A stretch of DNA of 64,000 nt. Origin: the human T2T-CHM13v2.0 reference genome, Homo sapiens. A program made the translations under genes and the position numbers. Shown piece after piece: positions 31,896 through 49,844 of this stretch. Positions within the stretch are counted from its first letter, which is position 1. Each line of letters opens with the position of its first letter. The DNA lies in NCBI RefSeq assembly GCF_009914755.1, contig NC_060931.1. One strand, given 5' to 3'. The notes beneath the pieces are model-generated. The model had not been told where the DNA came from and made no database searches. It saw only the letters and a program-made list of their open reading frames with translations.

Positions 31896-32097
31896 ATACT
31901 CTAAGTTTTAGGGTACATGTGCACATTGTGCAGGTTAGTTACATATGTATACATGTGCCATGCTGGTGCGCTGCACCCACTAATGTGTCATCTAGCATTA
32001 GGTATATCTCCCAATGCTATCCCTCCCCCCTCCCCCGACCCCACCACAGTCCCCAGAGTGTGATATTCCCCTTCCTGTGTCCATGTGATCTCATTGT

Positions 32098-35949
<3,852 letters not shown>

Positions 35950-35988
35950 TCATTAGTTGATGCAGTTTCTTCCTAGTCTCGATGGTCT

Positions 35989-37005
35989 TTACATTTTGGC
36001 ATGATTTTGCAGCGGCTGGTACCGGTTGTTCCTTTCCATGTTTAGCGCTTCCTTCAGGAGCTCTTTTAGGGCAGGCCTGGTGGTGACAAAATCTCTCAAC
36101 ATTTGCTTGTCTATAAAGTATTTTATTTCTCCTTCACTTATGAAGCTTAGTTTGGCTGGATATGAAATTCTGGGTTGAAAATTCTTTTCTTTAAGAATGT
36201 TGAATATTGGCCCCCACTCTCTTCTGGCTTGTAGGGTTTCTGCCGAGAGATCCGCTGTTAGTCTGATGGGCTTTCCTTTGAGGGTAACCCGACCTTTCTC
36301 TCTGGCTGCCCTTAACATTTTTTCCTTCATTTCAACTTTGGTGAATCTGACAATTATGTGTCTTGGAGTTGCTCTTCTCGAGGAGTATCTTTGTGGTGTT
36401 CTCTGTATTTCCTGAATCTGAACGTTGGCCTGCCTTGCTAGATTGGGGAAGTTCTCCTGGATAATATCCTGCAGAGTGTTTTCCAACTTGGTTCCATTCT
36501 CCACATCACTTTCAGGTACACCAATCAGACGTAGATTTGGTCTTTTCACATAGTCCCATATTTCTTGGAGGCTTTGCTCATTTCTTTTTATTCTTTTTTC
36601 TCTAAACTTCCCTTCTCGCTTCATTTCATTCATTTCATCTTCCATTGCTGATACCCTTTCTTCCAGTTGATCGCATCGGCTCCTGAGGCTTCTGCATTCT
36701 TCACGTAGTTCTCGAGCCTTGGTTTTCAGCTCCATCAGCTCCTTTAAGCACTTCTCTGTATTGGTTATTCTAGTTATACATTCTTCTAAATTTTTTTCAA
36801 AGTTTTCAACTTCTTTGCCTTTGGTTTGAATGTCCTCCCGTAGCTCAGAGTAATTTGATCGTCTGAAGCCTTCTTCTCTCAGCTCGTCAAAATCATTCTC
36901 CATCCAGCTTTGTTCTGTTGCTGGTGAGGAACTGCGTTCCTTTGGAGGAGGAGAGGCGCTCTGCGTTTTAGAGTTTCCAGTTTTTCTGTTCTGTTTTTTC
37001 CCCAT
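35989..37005 (-). CDS. ORF1: LINE-1 ORF1p (coiled coil, RRM, CTD RNA chaperone), 338 aa
   Basis: MGKKQNRKTGNSK... canonical length; REKG, ARR and YPAKLS motifs intact. Confidence 0.98.
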   Translation of the reverse strand: MGKKQNRKTGNSKTQSASPPPKERSSSPATEQSWMENDFDELREEGFRRSNYSELREDIQTKGKEVENFEKNLEECITRITNTEKCLKELMELKTKARELREECRSLRSRCDQLEERVSAMEDEMNEMKREGKFREKRIKRNEQSLQEIWDYVKRPNLRLIGVPESDVENGTKLENTLQDIIQENFPNLARQANVQIQEIQRTPQRYSSRRATPRHIIVRFTKVEMKEKMLRAAREKGRVTLKGKPIRLTADLSAETLQARREWGPIFNILKEKNFQPRISYPAKLSFISEGEIKYFIDKQMLRDFVTTRPALKELLKEALNMERNNRYQPLQNHAKM

Positions 37006-37460
37006 CTTTGTGGTTTTATCTACTTTTGGTCTTTGATGATGGTGATGTACAGATGGGTTTTCGGTGTAGATGTCCTTTCTGGTTGTTAGTTTTCCTTCTA
37101 ACAGACAGGACCCTCAGCTGCAGGTCTGTTGGAATACCCTGCCGTGTGAGATGTCAGTGTGCCCCTGCTGGGGGGTGCCTCCCAGTTAGGCTGCTCGGGG
37201 GTCAGGAGTCAGGGACCCACTTGAGGAGGCAGTCTGCCCGTTCTCAGATCTCCAGCTGCGTGCTGGGAGAACCACTGCTCTCTTCAAAGCTGTCAGACAG
37301 GGACACTTAAGTCTGCAGAGGTTACTGCTGTCTTTTTGTTTGTCTGTGCCCTGCCCCCAGAGGTGGAGCCTACAGAGGCAGGCAGGCCTCCTTGAGCTGT
37401 GGTGGGCTCCACCCAGTTGGAGCTTCCAGGCTGCTTTGTTTACCTAAGCAAGCCTGGGCA

Positions 37461-37676
37461 ATGGCGGGTGCCCCTCCCCCAGCCTCGTTGCCGCCTTGCA
37501 GTTTGATCTCAGACTGCTGTGCTAGCAATCAGCGAGATTCCGTGGGCGTAGGACCCTCCGAGCCAGGTGTGGGATATAGTCTCGTGGTGCGCCGTTTCTT
37601 AAGCCGGTCTGAAAAGCGCAATATTCGGGTGGGAGTGACCCGATTTTCCAGGTGCGTCCATCACCCCTTTCTTTGA
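37461..37676 (+). CDS. ORF0: LINE-1 antisense ORF0, 71 aa
   Basis: GCAATGGCG Kozak start; MAGAPPPASLPPCSLISDCC...RCVHHPFL*; internal donors CAG|GTGTGG (after 37566) and CAG|GTGCGT (after 37651). Confidence 0.88.
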   Translation: MAGAPPPASLPPCSLISDCCASNQRDSVGVGPSEPGVGYSLVVRRFLSRSEKRNIRVGVTRFSRCVHHPFL

Positions 37677-37889
37677 CTCGGAAAGGGAACTCCCTGACCC
37701 CTTGCGCTTCCCAGGTGAGGCAATGCCTCGCCCTGCTTCGGCTCGCGCACGGTGCGCACACACACTGGCCTGCGCCCACTGTCTGGCACTCCCTAGTGAG
37801 ATGAACCCGGTACCTCAGATGGAAATGCAGAAATCACCGTCTTCTGCGTCGCTCACGCTGGGAGCTGTAGACCGGAGCTGTTCCTATTC

Positions 37890-37898
37890 GGCCATCTT
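37890..37898 (-). promoter_or_regulatory. YY1 site (AAGATGGCC, L1 +13..+21)
   Basis: ggccatctt on plus strand, intact. Confidence 0.9.
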
Positions 37899-37910
37899 GG
37901 CTCCTCCCCC

Positions 37911-37923
37911 TCTTGTTGCTTTA
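37911..37923. repeat. L1HS target-site duplication, 5'-side copy (tcttgttgcttta)
   Basis: Identical to 31865-31877. Confidence 0.95.
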
Positions 37924-37987
37924 ACTAAATATTTACAAACTGCTTATAAGGAAAGAAAACTATCCATTTAGAAGAGAAAGTCATATT

Positions 37988-40271
37988 TGTAATTCATCAC
38001 ATAAACAGAACTAAAGGCAAAAAACACATGATTATCTCAACAGACCCAGAAAAGGCCTTTGGTAAAATTCAACATCCCTTCATGTTAAAAACTCTCAATA
38101 AACTAGGTATTGAAAGAGCATACCTCAAAATAACCAGAGCCATATATGATAAATCCACAGCCAATATGATACTGAATGGGCAAAAGTTAGAAGCATTTCC
38201 TTTGAAAACAAGACAAGGATGACCTCTTTCAACATTCCCGTTCAACACAGTATTGGAAGTTCTGGCCAGGGCAATCAGGCAAGAGAAAGAAATAAAGGAT
38301 ATTCAAACAGGAAGAGAAGAAGTCAAATTATCTTTGTTTGCAGATGACATAATCCTGTATCTAGAAAACCCCACCGTCTCAGCCCAAAAGCTCCTTAAGC
38401 TGATAAGCAATTTCAGCAAAGTCTCAGGATACAAAATCAATGTGCAAAAATCGCTAACGTTCCTATACACCAACAACAGAAAAGCGGAGTGGTGAATTAT
38501 GAATGAACTCCCATTCACAATTCCTACAAAGAGAATAAAATACCTAGGAATACAGCTAACAAGAAAAGTGAAGGACCTCTTCAAGGAGAACTACAAACCA
38601 CTGCTCCAAGAAATCAAAGGACACAAATAAATGGAAAAACATTCCATGCTCATGGATAGGAAGAATCAATACCAAGAAAATGGCCATACTCCCCAAAGTA
38701 ATTTATAGATTCAATGTTGTTCCCACTAAACGACCATTGACATTTTTCACAGAATTAGAAGAAACTATTTTAAAATTCATATGAAACCCAAAAGGAGCCT
38801 GAATAGCCACAACAATCCTAAGCAAAAAGAACAAAGCTGGAGGTATCACACTACCTGACTTCAAACTATACAAGGCTACACAGTAACCAAAACGGCATGA
38901 TACTGGTACAAAAACAGAGACATAGACCAATGGAACAGAATAGGGAACTCACAAATAAGACTGCACGTCTACAACCATCTGATTTTTTACAAACCTGACA
39001 AAAACAAGCAATGGGGAAAGGATTCCCTATTTAATAAATGGTGCTGGGAAAACTGGCTAGCCATATGCAGAAAATTAAAACTGGACCCCTTCCTTATACC
39101 TTATACAAAAGGTAACTCAAGATGGATTAAAGACTTAAATGTAAAACCCAAAATTATAAAAACCCTAGAAGAAAATCTAGGCTATTATCATTCAGGACAT
39201 AGGCAAAGGCAAAGATTTTATGACAAAAACACCAAAAGCCACAGCAACAAAAGCATAAATTGACAAATGGGATCTAATCATCTACAGAACTTCTGCATAG
39301 CAAAAGAAACTATTATCAGACTGAACAGACAACCTATAGAATGAGAGAAAATTTCTGCAATCTATCCATCCGACAAAGGTCTAATATTCAGAGTCTACAA
39401 GAAACAAACAAATTTACAGGAAACAAACAACCCCATTTAAAAGTTGGCAAAGGACATGAACAGACACTTCTCAAAAGAAGACATTCATAGAGCCAGTAAA
39501 CATATGAAAAAAGCTCAACATCACTCATCATTAGAGAAATAAAAATCAAAATCACAATGAGATACCATCTTACTCCAGTCAGAATGGTGATTATTAAAAA
39601 GTCAAGAAACAACAAATGATGGCCAGATTGCAGAGAAAACACTTTTACACTGTTTATGGGGGTGTAAATTATTTCAACCATTGTGAAAAATAGTGTGGCA
39701 ATTCCTCAAAGACCTAGAGGCAGAAATACCATTTGTACCATTTGACCCAGCAATCCCATTACTGGGTATATACCCAAAGGATTATAAATCATTCTATTAT
39801 AAAGATACTTGCGCACATATGTTCCATGCAGCACTATTCACAACAGCAAAAACATGGCATCAGCCCAAATGCCCATCAATGACAGGCTGGATAAAGAAAA
39901 TGTGGTACATGGAATACTATGCAGCCATAAAAAGGAAAAACATAATTTCCTTTGCAGGGACATGGATGGAGCTGGAAGCAGTTATCCTTAGCAAACTAAC
40001 ACAGGAACAGAAAACCAAACACCACGTGTTCTTATTTATAAATGGGAGCTGAATGATGAGAACACATGAACACAGGGAGGGGAATACCACGAACTGGGGC
40101 CCATTGATGAGGATGGGGGAGGGAGAGTATCAGAAGAATAGCTAATGGATGCTGGGCCTAATACCTGGGTGATGGGTTTATCTGTGCAGCAAACCATCAT
40201 GGCACACATTTATCTATGTAACAAACTGCACACCCCCCAGAACTAAAAATAAAAGTTGAGGGGGAAAAAAA
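37988..40271 (+). mobile_element. 5'-truncated older primate L1 (roughly L1PA10-16), disrupted ORF2 3' half plus 3'UTR
   Basis: ORF2 homologous fragments broken by stops and frameshifts (38028-38222, 38253-38495, 39693-40052); 3' end AATAGCTAATGGATGCTGGG...AAAATAAAAGTTGA. Confidence 0.92.
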
Positions 40272-42640
40272 CATAATGTCATTGTGTCACCTCTATCTTC
40301 ACGAGTTTTATTCCCTAATATTAAACTTGTCTAAAGGTTTACCTAATAAACTCTCTCCTGAAAAAAAATTCTCATGTCACTGAAAATTGACATGAACAGA
40401 AAAAAAGAAACAGATTTTGCTTTAACCAAGTAAAAAGAAAGCATTTCTCTGAATATTACCAAATCATCACTTCTCAAAATAGGTCATTTGGGAGCATAAA
40501 AAAAAAAAAGTCCCCTTCTTTTCAAAGTTCACATGCAGGATACCTTCCCTTTTGAGTGATTTCAAATGATGCATGGAGTATTCAGCTGATGGTATGTATG
40601 AAATGTAGGCATCATCAACCAACAAGCGGAAACAAACTCAAAGTGTATGTACGTAGCATGCACATGCAAGCACCCACACAAATGTTTAAGTGTGTATTGG
40701 AGTAATCTATTAGAAATATGCCAATGGAAAAAGTTCTGAATTAGGCAGTATAAAACGAGACCTGGAAAATGGATTCAACAGATACAAATTATTATGGCAG
40801 ATAAACAAGTACCCTAAATATTGTCATAAGTATAATTTAAATAGCTGTCATATGATTGGAGAAGAGAAAGTCTACTGGACAATGTGATTGGAAAAAGGAA
40901 ATGTGACAAGGAATAATTTGGAATGGGAAGCAGAGGAGAAAAAGAATACCAGCCTCTGATGAATAATACGTGGCTCCAAGACTGCATTAGGTTTGAAGCC
41001 AACACTAAATCGGGGTCCTTGAGCATTTAAATTAAAATTCTATTTTTGAGAACTTGTGAAGAATCTACTTAAGGTTAGTAACACTGGCATAATATGCAAA
41101 TAATTATGCAAACATATCTTTTGATATTGTTTCAGAGGCATGAACTTGATTTTCAAGATCCAAACATTAGAAAATGACATTTTCTATTGCATATTCTAAA
41201 ACCTTAGAGTTTTACTCAACATTACATTTAAAAGTTACATGGTTCCAAAACTGACAATGTCATTTATAAGAGTAATGTAATTTATAAGAACTATGACTCT
41301 GTTTGTATCTATATCAAATTATTTGTTTAAAAGTAAAAATGGCATTAGAGTTATAAAATGTTCATAGATTTTACCAATATTGCCTACGCTTCTTCTAATT
41401 TCTACAAGTGTTTCCAACTTTATCATAAATATAAAATATGGTGAGAAATGAAATATGGAAAAGACTTATTGTAAGCCAATAAAATTTAACATGATAAAGG
41501 TCTCACCTGGAGTATTTAAGGGGGAGAACATCTGTTATTCCTCCATTAAAATTAAATATTTCTCCAAACACAAACTACTAAAACTTCAGTGTTATCAGAG
41601 AATTATATCAATGATGAACACAAAAAATGTCCATAATGGCTATTTACTGGGTGAATACTCACAGGTGCAGTGTTAAGTGTACAGCAGAGCAAAAGACAGT
41701 AGCTGCCAGGACTCAAGGAGCTGACATTTGGGAGGGATGTGCATGCCTCAGAAGAGTGAGCATTAGGGAGGGCTGTCAGGGAAGAGGTAGAGGATCTGTA
41801 AACCAGACAAACCAGGGTGGGAAGGAATTTCAGGTAACATGACATACAAGGCTCAGAGGTGAAAGGAGGCTGCATATGATTCTATTTGGCTGTGAAGACT
41901 GCCAGAAAATAAAAGTCTTGAGAGGGAGGCAAGGCTGAGCTCATGAAAAGTAACACCAATGGTCTGAGGAGGAAATTCCTCTAAGTGTTTTAATCAGGAG
42001 AGTATAAGGTGTGTGTTGCAGAAAGAACATGCAAACTAATTGAGGTCAAGATTTGCTACCAAATCACAAAATATGTATCAATATGTGTTAAGGCTCTCAA
42101 AGACTGCCACATAGAACTTGATCTAAAGTCAGAGAATTATTTAGGCCAAAGTCAAACGCCTACAAAAAGCCAGGCAAGTAATGAAAGTAACTGAAGAGCC
42201 CCAGAAAACCATGGCCAGGAAGAGGTGTGAGGCCAGCGTGGCATGATCTAACATTTAAACAAATCCAGATATCAGAATTCTTAGGTGAAACATACTGATT
42301 GTTCAATAACGACAACTATATAAATGTGCTTTTTCAAAGCACTGAAGTGCCAAACATAATATTTATGGAAATTATCTAACTCCACATAGTGCAAGGCCAT
42401 TTAAAACCAATTCACTAAGAAATAAAATTTGTGCATCAAGTTACCTCTTATTTGAGCTAAGCATTTTTTTCCCCAAAACACCCTCGCTGAATGAGATTTC
42501 TGAGTGATAAAGGCTTTAAAAACTCTGCTTTGGTGGCTATGAATGATAGAGAAAAGACTTAAAATGTAAAGTTGCTTGTCTGTTTCTTGTCTTTTGTTTT
42601 GTTTTGTTTTGTTTTGTTCTTACTGATTTCAAAGTAAAAT

Positions 42641-42704
42641 GAATGATCCTAAGCACTCTGGAATGATCCTAAAAACTCTGGAATGATCCTAAAAGTCTTT
42701 GAAT
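42641..42704. repeat. 20-bp minisatellite, ~3 copies (gaatgatcctaaNNactctg), preceded by (TTTTG)n at 42592-42618
   Basis: Directly visible. Confidence 0.9.
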
Positions 42705-43017
42705 ATATGCAAATCTGCAAAGGGGAAAGTTTACAAATATGAGCAATAACAAATATGGAACATTTTTGTTTTCACCTATCAATCTCTCATCTGTTAAACA
42801 GAAATGAACACAAAAATGCTATTTCATGGATGAAAACTCTCTGAAATAGGATATTTCGCTACCTAATATTGTACTCAAAGTGCTGTTTTAAATCTGGGGC
42901 AGACTGTCAGAATATCTGATACCTAGTTTATTGGGTAATTGATGAACCCAATGTATTAACATTTTATAAGTAAAAAGAAAAAAATCAAGTCACATATATG
43001 TGCTTATTTAGCATGTA

Positions 43018-43235
43018 TAGTTGTCCCTCTGTATACATGAGAGATTGGTTCCAGGACCACCCACATATAACTAAATCTGCACAACGTAAGTCCCAGAGTC
43101 GTCCTGCAGAACCCTCATATAAAAAAAGTCAGCCCTCTGTAACACAAGTTTTGTATCCCTCAAATCCATGTCTAGTTGAAAACAAAGCCACATATAACTG
43201 TGCAGTTCCAACCTGTGTTGTTCAAAGGTCAACTG
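43018..43235. mobile_element. MER2 (Tigger2-derived) MITE, internally deleted
   Basis: AGTTGTCCCTCTGTAT...GATTGGTTCCAGGACC ... GTTCAAAGGTCAACTG with TA flanks. Confidence 0.8.
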
Positions 43236-43939
43236 TATATTGTTTCTGGGAAAAATCTTCAGCTCTTTATCAACATTAACTTTTGCATAGCAAACATATA
43301 TGTAACTCTCAAATGTAATTAACATAATGCAGAAAAATGTTTAATTATCCACGATCCTATAACCAAATATAACTACTTTAAATTTTTAATCTATAATCTA
43401 CATGAATACATCAAGGTTTTCTATACTGATGAAACTGCCAGTTAAATAGCAATTCCACCTCCACCCCAATCCCACTATTTTAACAACCCCCACCGATACA
43501 TATTTTAAAGCATATCTTCCCACAGAAATCAAACTGTGCACCAATCCTTGGAGACAAATATCTCTTCTAAGAATGACTGCAAATATCATAATTAAAGAAA
43601 ACTAACAAACTTGAAGTTCAAATTGAATGTGTTCTTTTCCATGAGGATAGAATGCATTCTCAAATACATCACAAGCACAACATTGACAGCTGCAATTTGA
43701 AAATTTCACAGTATAAAATATGTGAAACAAAAGAATGGTGGGAGAGGTAGTGAGAGAAAGGAGGGTGATGATCATCCATTTTACAAAAACATGCTCCACT
43801 TAAAATGATTCATTATAGTATTTTTTTTTACAGAGAAGCTCCACCTAGTAACAAGTGGAAGTTTTTGTTAATTATACACTATAATAAGAGAATGAATTAG
43901 ACTATAATTATTATAGTTTAAAATTTTAAACTTTCATAT

Positions 43940-44130
43940 GCATGTATCATTTTACCCTAATAAAATCCTGTAAGTTACACATTATGTCACAAGTTTACAG
44001 AAGAGGAAAATGAAGTTCAGGAAAGGTGACTGGGCCATCCAGGATCTGAAAGATAAAAGAGCTAGGGATAGATGAGTCAGGACTTGAACTGAGGTCTACT
44101 CTTTCCAAATCTCATGCTTTAGTTAACACA
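43940..44130 (-). mobile_element. MIR SINE
   Basis: TTTACAGAAGAGGAAAATGAAGTTCAG...CAGGACTTGAACTGAGGTCT. Confidence 0.65.
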
Positions 44131-46138
44131 AGCTTTCTTGGAACACTCAGAGTACAGTGTCCTTTAATAACTATTGTCCAAACCAAAAGCTTTATAATTC
44201 TTTCCAAGAAAAGGTTATCTATCTATACAATGCTTCTAACCAGATAATAACTCCCACATAGTAGTTTTGTCTGTATTCTATTGTTCAAAGCTGTAATTAC
44301 CAAGGAATGTTTCTGGAAACAACAAATGCTTTTTAAAAAACTTTTCAAAGATATTTAATGAGCAGTTTATTCCAAACAATAAATCATAATTATCTCTCAA
44401 AAAATTAAAATGAAGCATAGAGATTTATACTATACATTGTATATTATTTCTTTGGGAAGTATTTTTATTTAAAACAAAAGATTAGTTGTTTGATTTAGAT
44501 AGTATTCTAGCAAGCCCATTTTAAAAAAATGTTCTTTTTCCTTGTTTTAAAGTGCTATGCTAATTAGGTTTATTCATACAAAAACATTTATTTACCAAAG
44601 TTACACAGTTACAAAATGGCATACATAAAGGTTAAACTTTGTTTTGCTTTTAAACCAAACAGATTTCAAGTTCTAGATCTGCAAATGATGTACATATGAA
44701 CTATAACAATTTTTTATTTGAAAAATAATGTTTAAATCTAACATTATTTTCTACATATAACACTGATAACTGTGGTTCACTGTGTAAGATAATACATGTT
44801 ATTTTCTTCTTCTAATTCAATTTGGAAACCAACTCCAAATGAATAGAATATGTCAGTGAAATATCTCATTGAAGAAGGATTAACACAGTAAACTGTACTC
44901 CACATTTACAAATAAGCAGTTTCATTGTTAAAAGATGCTTGCAGCTTCTCATTCTCACCACAGATTTTCACTATATGTCCATTGTTCATAGAGGACCATG
45001 CTGCCTAGAGAGAAAAGTTCTTTTAAATCGAGTAAAAGGGTTTTTCTGTACCACAGGATAATCATAAGATTGAGTACCCCAAAGGGAATCAAGGTGGCTC
45101 TTCAATAATTTAACTCTCTGCCCTGAACTGACACATTAAAATATCATATACTGTGAATTCACACCCTCTGAGAAAAAACATTTTCACAATACCTGAATTG
45201 TATTGACTCTAAAAGACAAAAAACGCAAAGGCAAGAAGCAGTTTCAGGTACTTGACTAAATAACATCTGGGTAGATAATCAACTCCAGAGATCTTTCTAA
45301 AGATGATGAGTCCATCATTTTTCTAAGTAAGCACCTTAAACTACCTACAATAAATAAAAGTAGAGTAGACCTACACAATTATATTCCAGCCAAATGCCAC
45401 AGCCCAAGTTTTTCTCTTTCACATTTATCAGGTTATGATCTTAATATAATCTAACCAGAAGATAACAACAAGTTTTCTCAGATTCTAAAAGAGAAAAATC
45501 CAACAAAGGCTTAACTTGGTTGGTAGTGTTTCACACAGAACTCATAATAATTCCAACTGACAGCTGTCATACTAAAAGAGCCATCTTAATAAAAATGAAT
45601 AATATGAAATAGTCCATATTACATATTAATAGGGGTGTTATTCAATTACTGTGTTTTAACTGAAAATTAGTCCAAAAGCCTATCATTCTGTAGGACAGAC
45701 TGATTCAGGTCACCCGTTACTAAATTAAACATTTTCCGCTTTCAATGCATCTCATTAAACATGCAATTGCAAGTTTAAATAACTCCATGCTTTCATTTAC
45801 ACAATCACCCATTTTGTTATTGTTTATAGCAACCTAATTTGGCACATAATAATTCAGGCAGCATTGGATTTGTATTAGACTGAAGTATTAATTTTTAATA
45901 TAATTGCATTCTTTAGTCCAACAAAAGCTAGTTCAGTAGGGATTTTACTCATGTGAGTCTTCCATTATTATACAAGGCAAATTCTTCCAAGATTTTGCAC
46001 CTTTCTTTGCCCTACTGATTCGTTTCTCTATAAATTAAAAACTCATTATAAGCTTAAACTAGCTTATTTGCTTAAACAACACAGTGAATGATTACACTGG
46101 TACAAAATATACGGCCTATACATCTTTTAAACACCTTT

Positions 46139-46393
46139 TTCTTTTTCTTTTTTTTAATTACTATACTTTAAGTTCTAGGGTACATGTGCATAAAGTGCAG
46201 GTTTGTTACATAGGTATACATGTGCCAGTTGCTTTGCTGCACCCAGCAACTCGTAATTTACATTAGGTATTTCTCCTAACACTATCCCTCCCCCAGCCCC
46301 CCAGCCCCCAACAGGCCTCGGTGTGTGATGTTCCCCTCCCTGTGTCTATGTGTTTTCATTGTTCAACTCCACTTATGAGTGAGAACACATGGT
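46139..46393 (-). mobile_element. Short 5'-truncated L1PA (about PA7-8) 3' end
   Basis: TATACTTTAAGTTCTAGGGTACATGTGC...ATGAGTGAGAAC; TSD aaacaccttt at 46129-46138 and 46396-46405. Confidence 0.9.
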
Positions 46394-46850
46394 TAAAACA
46401 CCTTTCTCTAAAGGATATTTGATTTAATAATTAAGCAAGGCATGTTTTCCTAGCACAATGATATGTAATTACTAAACCCCACAACTTAACACAAAGGTTA
46501 ATAAAGAAACTCTTGAAACATCAACAAAATAATGATAACTAAGAGTTGTTCCATTATGCTTCCTGCTACCACAAATCTCAATGATGGAGATATTTGGAGC
46601 AATACATTAAAAGATTAGTTAACATGTCACCCCTCATGTGTGGGTGATCACAGAGTACAATGTACATACTTGAGAAGAAAAAAAGGTGAATTGATTGAAA
46701 ACAAGAAGATCAAGGGTAAAATATAAAATATGTTCACAAGGTAGTAGGGCCTTAATCACTAATTACCATCCATATTGTTCATGCATATTTATATATCTTC
46801 TACACGATGGCTAATATATATTAATACCATTTAAAATACTGGTTTTATGA

Positions 46851-47169
<319 letters not shown>

Positions 47170-47271
47170 AGAAAAACATATTTTTGAAATAAATATGTTA
47201 AAACTACACTTTTCAGTACTTACACTTAAGTACTGAATGACCACTAAATGAGGAAATAAAATAATTAATTA

Positions 47272-48765
<1,494 letters not shown>

Positions 48766-49844
48766 TATGTAAACTGTAATTTGAATTCTACAAAAGTGGG
48801 ATTAAGCTACATTGTCCCCTTGGCCAGTTCACTACAGAGCAGAATATGGTACAAGGTAATTCATTTTTAGACCTAATCAAGAGAGATGATGTTAACTAAA
48901 ACAACAAAGTAGATTCAAAATTTTGGGATGGCACCTATAAGGTAATGTGAAGGTCTCTACCTATATTTTCATGACAATATTCTTATACACTTCAGAATTC
49001 TATTTTGCAAAACAATTTAATCATACTGGGTTGTGGTACTTTAGAAAATATGTAAGAATAAGTCATTTTCATGTGAAATATGAGGAAGAAACTTTCTCTA
49101 AAGGAGTATACAATCGAAACAGGTATTAAAAATTACAGACATAAAATTATACTATAAATACGTGACAATAGAGAATTTTTTATTGTCTTATCAAGCTTCC
49201 CATTTGTGAATTTAATAAAAACAGACCAGCTTAAATTAAATCAGTAGATAAATGATAATTTTAAAATGGCAATTCTTACTATTCTTGATTACAGCGTAAA
49301 TACATGAGGATAAAAAAACATGATGTTTGAAATGAGGGATATTTGGAATCAGGAATGAAAATTCCAGGAAGCCAAGCACTATGAATCTCAGTAAAAAAGA
49401 TGCCCTTCTCTAGTTAACACGTAATTCTCAGTATAATGTAACAAGTTCATAGGTCAAGAAACTTCCATTAACTTCTTTAAATTCATCTATTTAATAACAT
49501 GACAAGCATTTAATTATGGCTAATTTCTCCACCACCTTTAAGTATAGGATAAAGATGAACAAGTCTCCTGAAAGTTCTCTCATCATAGTTTAGCTCTCTG
49601 AGGTAAATGAACCTCATAATATTCCCCGTATATTCACCAACACCTCCCCACAACATGATTTCCCTCCCTGACCAGAGCCCACTGAAATACTGACTTAGTT
49701 GTTGTTCTTTGTGTATAGTACAAATGAAATTGGTGAAAACTAATTAAGGAATTATTCTTCTTTGTCTTGTATGACCAAGTCAGAAATATTTTTTAAAAAG
49801 CTATTACCAGTCTAAATTCCCTTTACTCTCTGATTCAGGGCTTC

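Larger units (their letters stand above)
37006..37910 (-). promoter_or_regulatory. L1 5'UTR internal sense promoter / CpG island, including the antisense promoter
   Basis: Complete 905-nt 5'UTR; by eye the most CpG-dense segment of the window. Confidence 0.92.

Noticed and set aside
37392-37676. 94-aa ORF from the ORF track
   Set aside because: It begins at a non-ATG codon; the real ORF0 start is the ATG at 37461
38028-40052. RT-like ORF fragments (FADD motif) as a second retroelement gene
   Set aside because: Pieces of a truncated old L1 ORF2 broken by stops and frameshifts
37911-40271. Old plus-strand L1 as a twin-priming 5' inversion of the L1HS
   Set aside because: It lies outside the TSD, is far more diverged and has its own older 3'UTR, while the L1HS 5' end is complete
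42641-42704. Short direct repeats as a CRISPR-like array (also 28294-28335, 53299-53340)
   Set aside because: Contiguous tandem copies without spacers in eukaryotic DNA; ordinary slippage duplications
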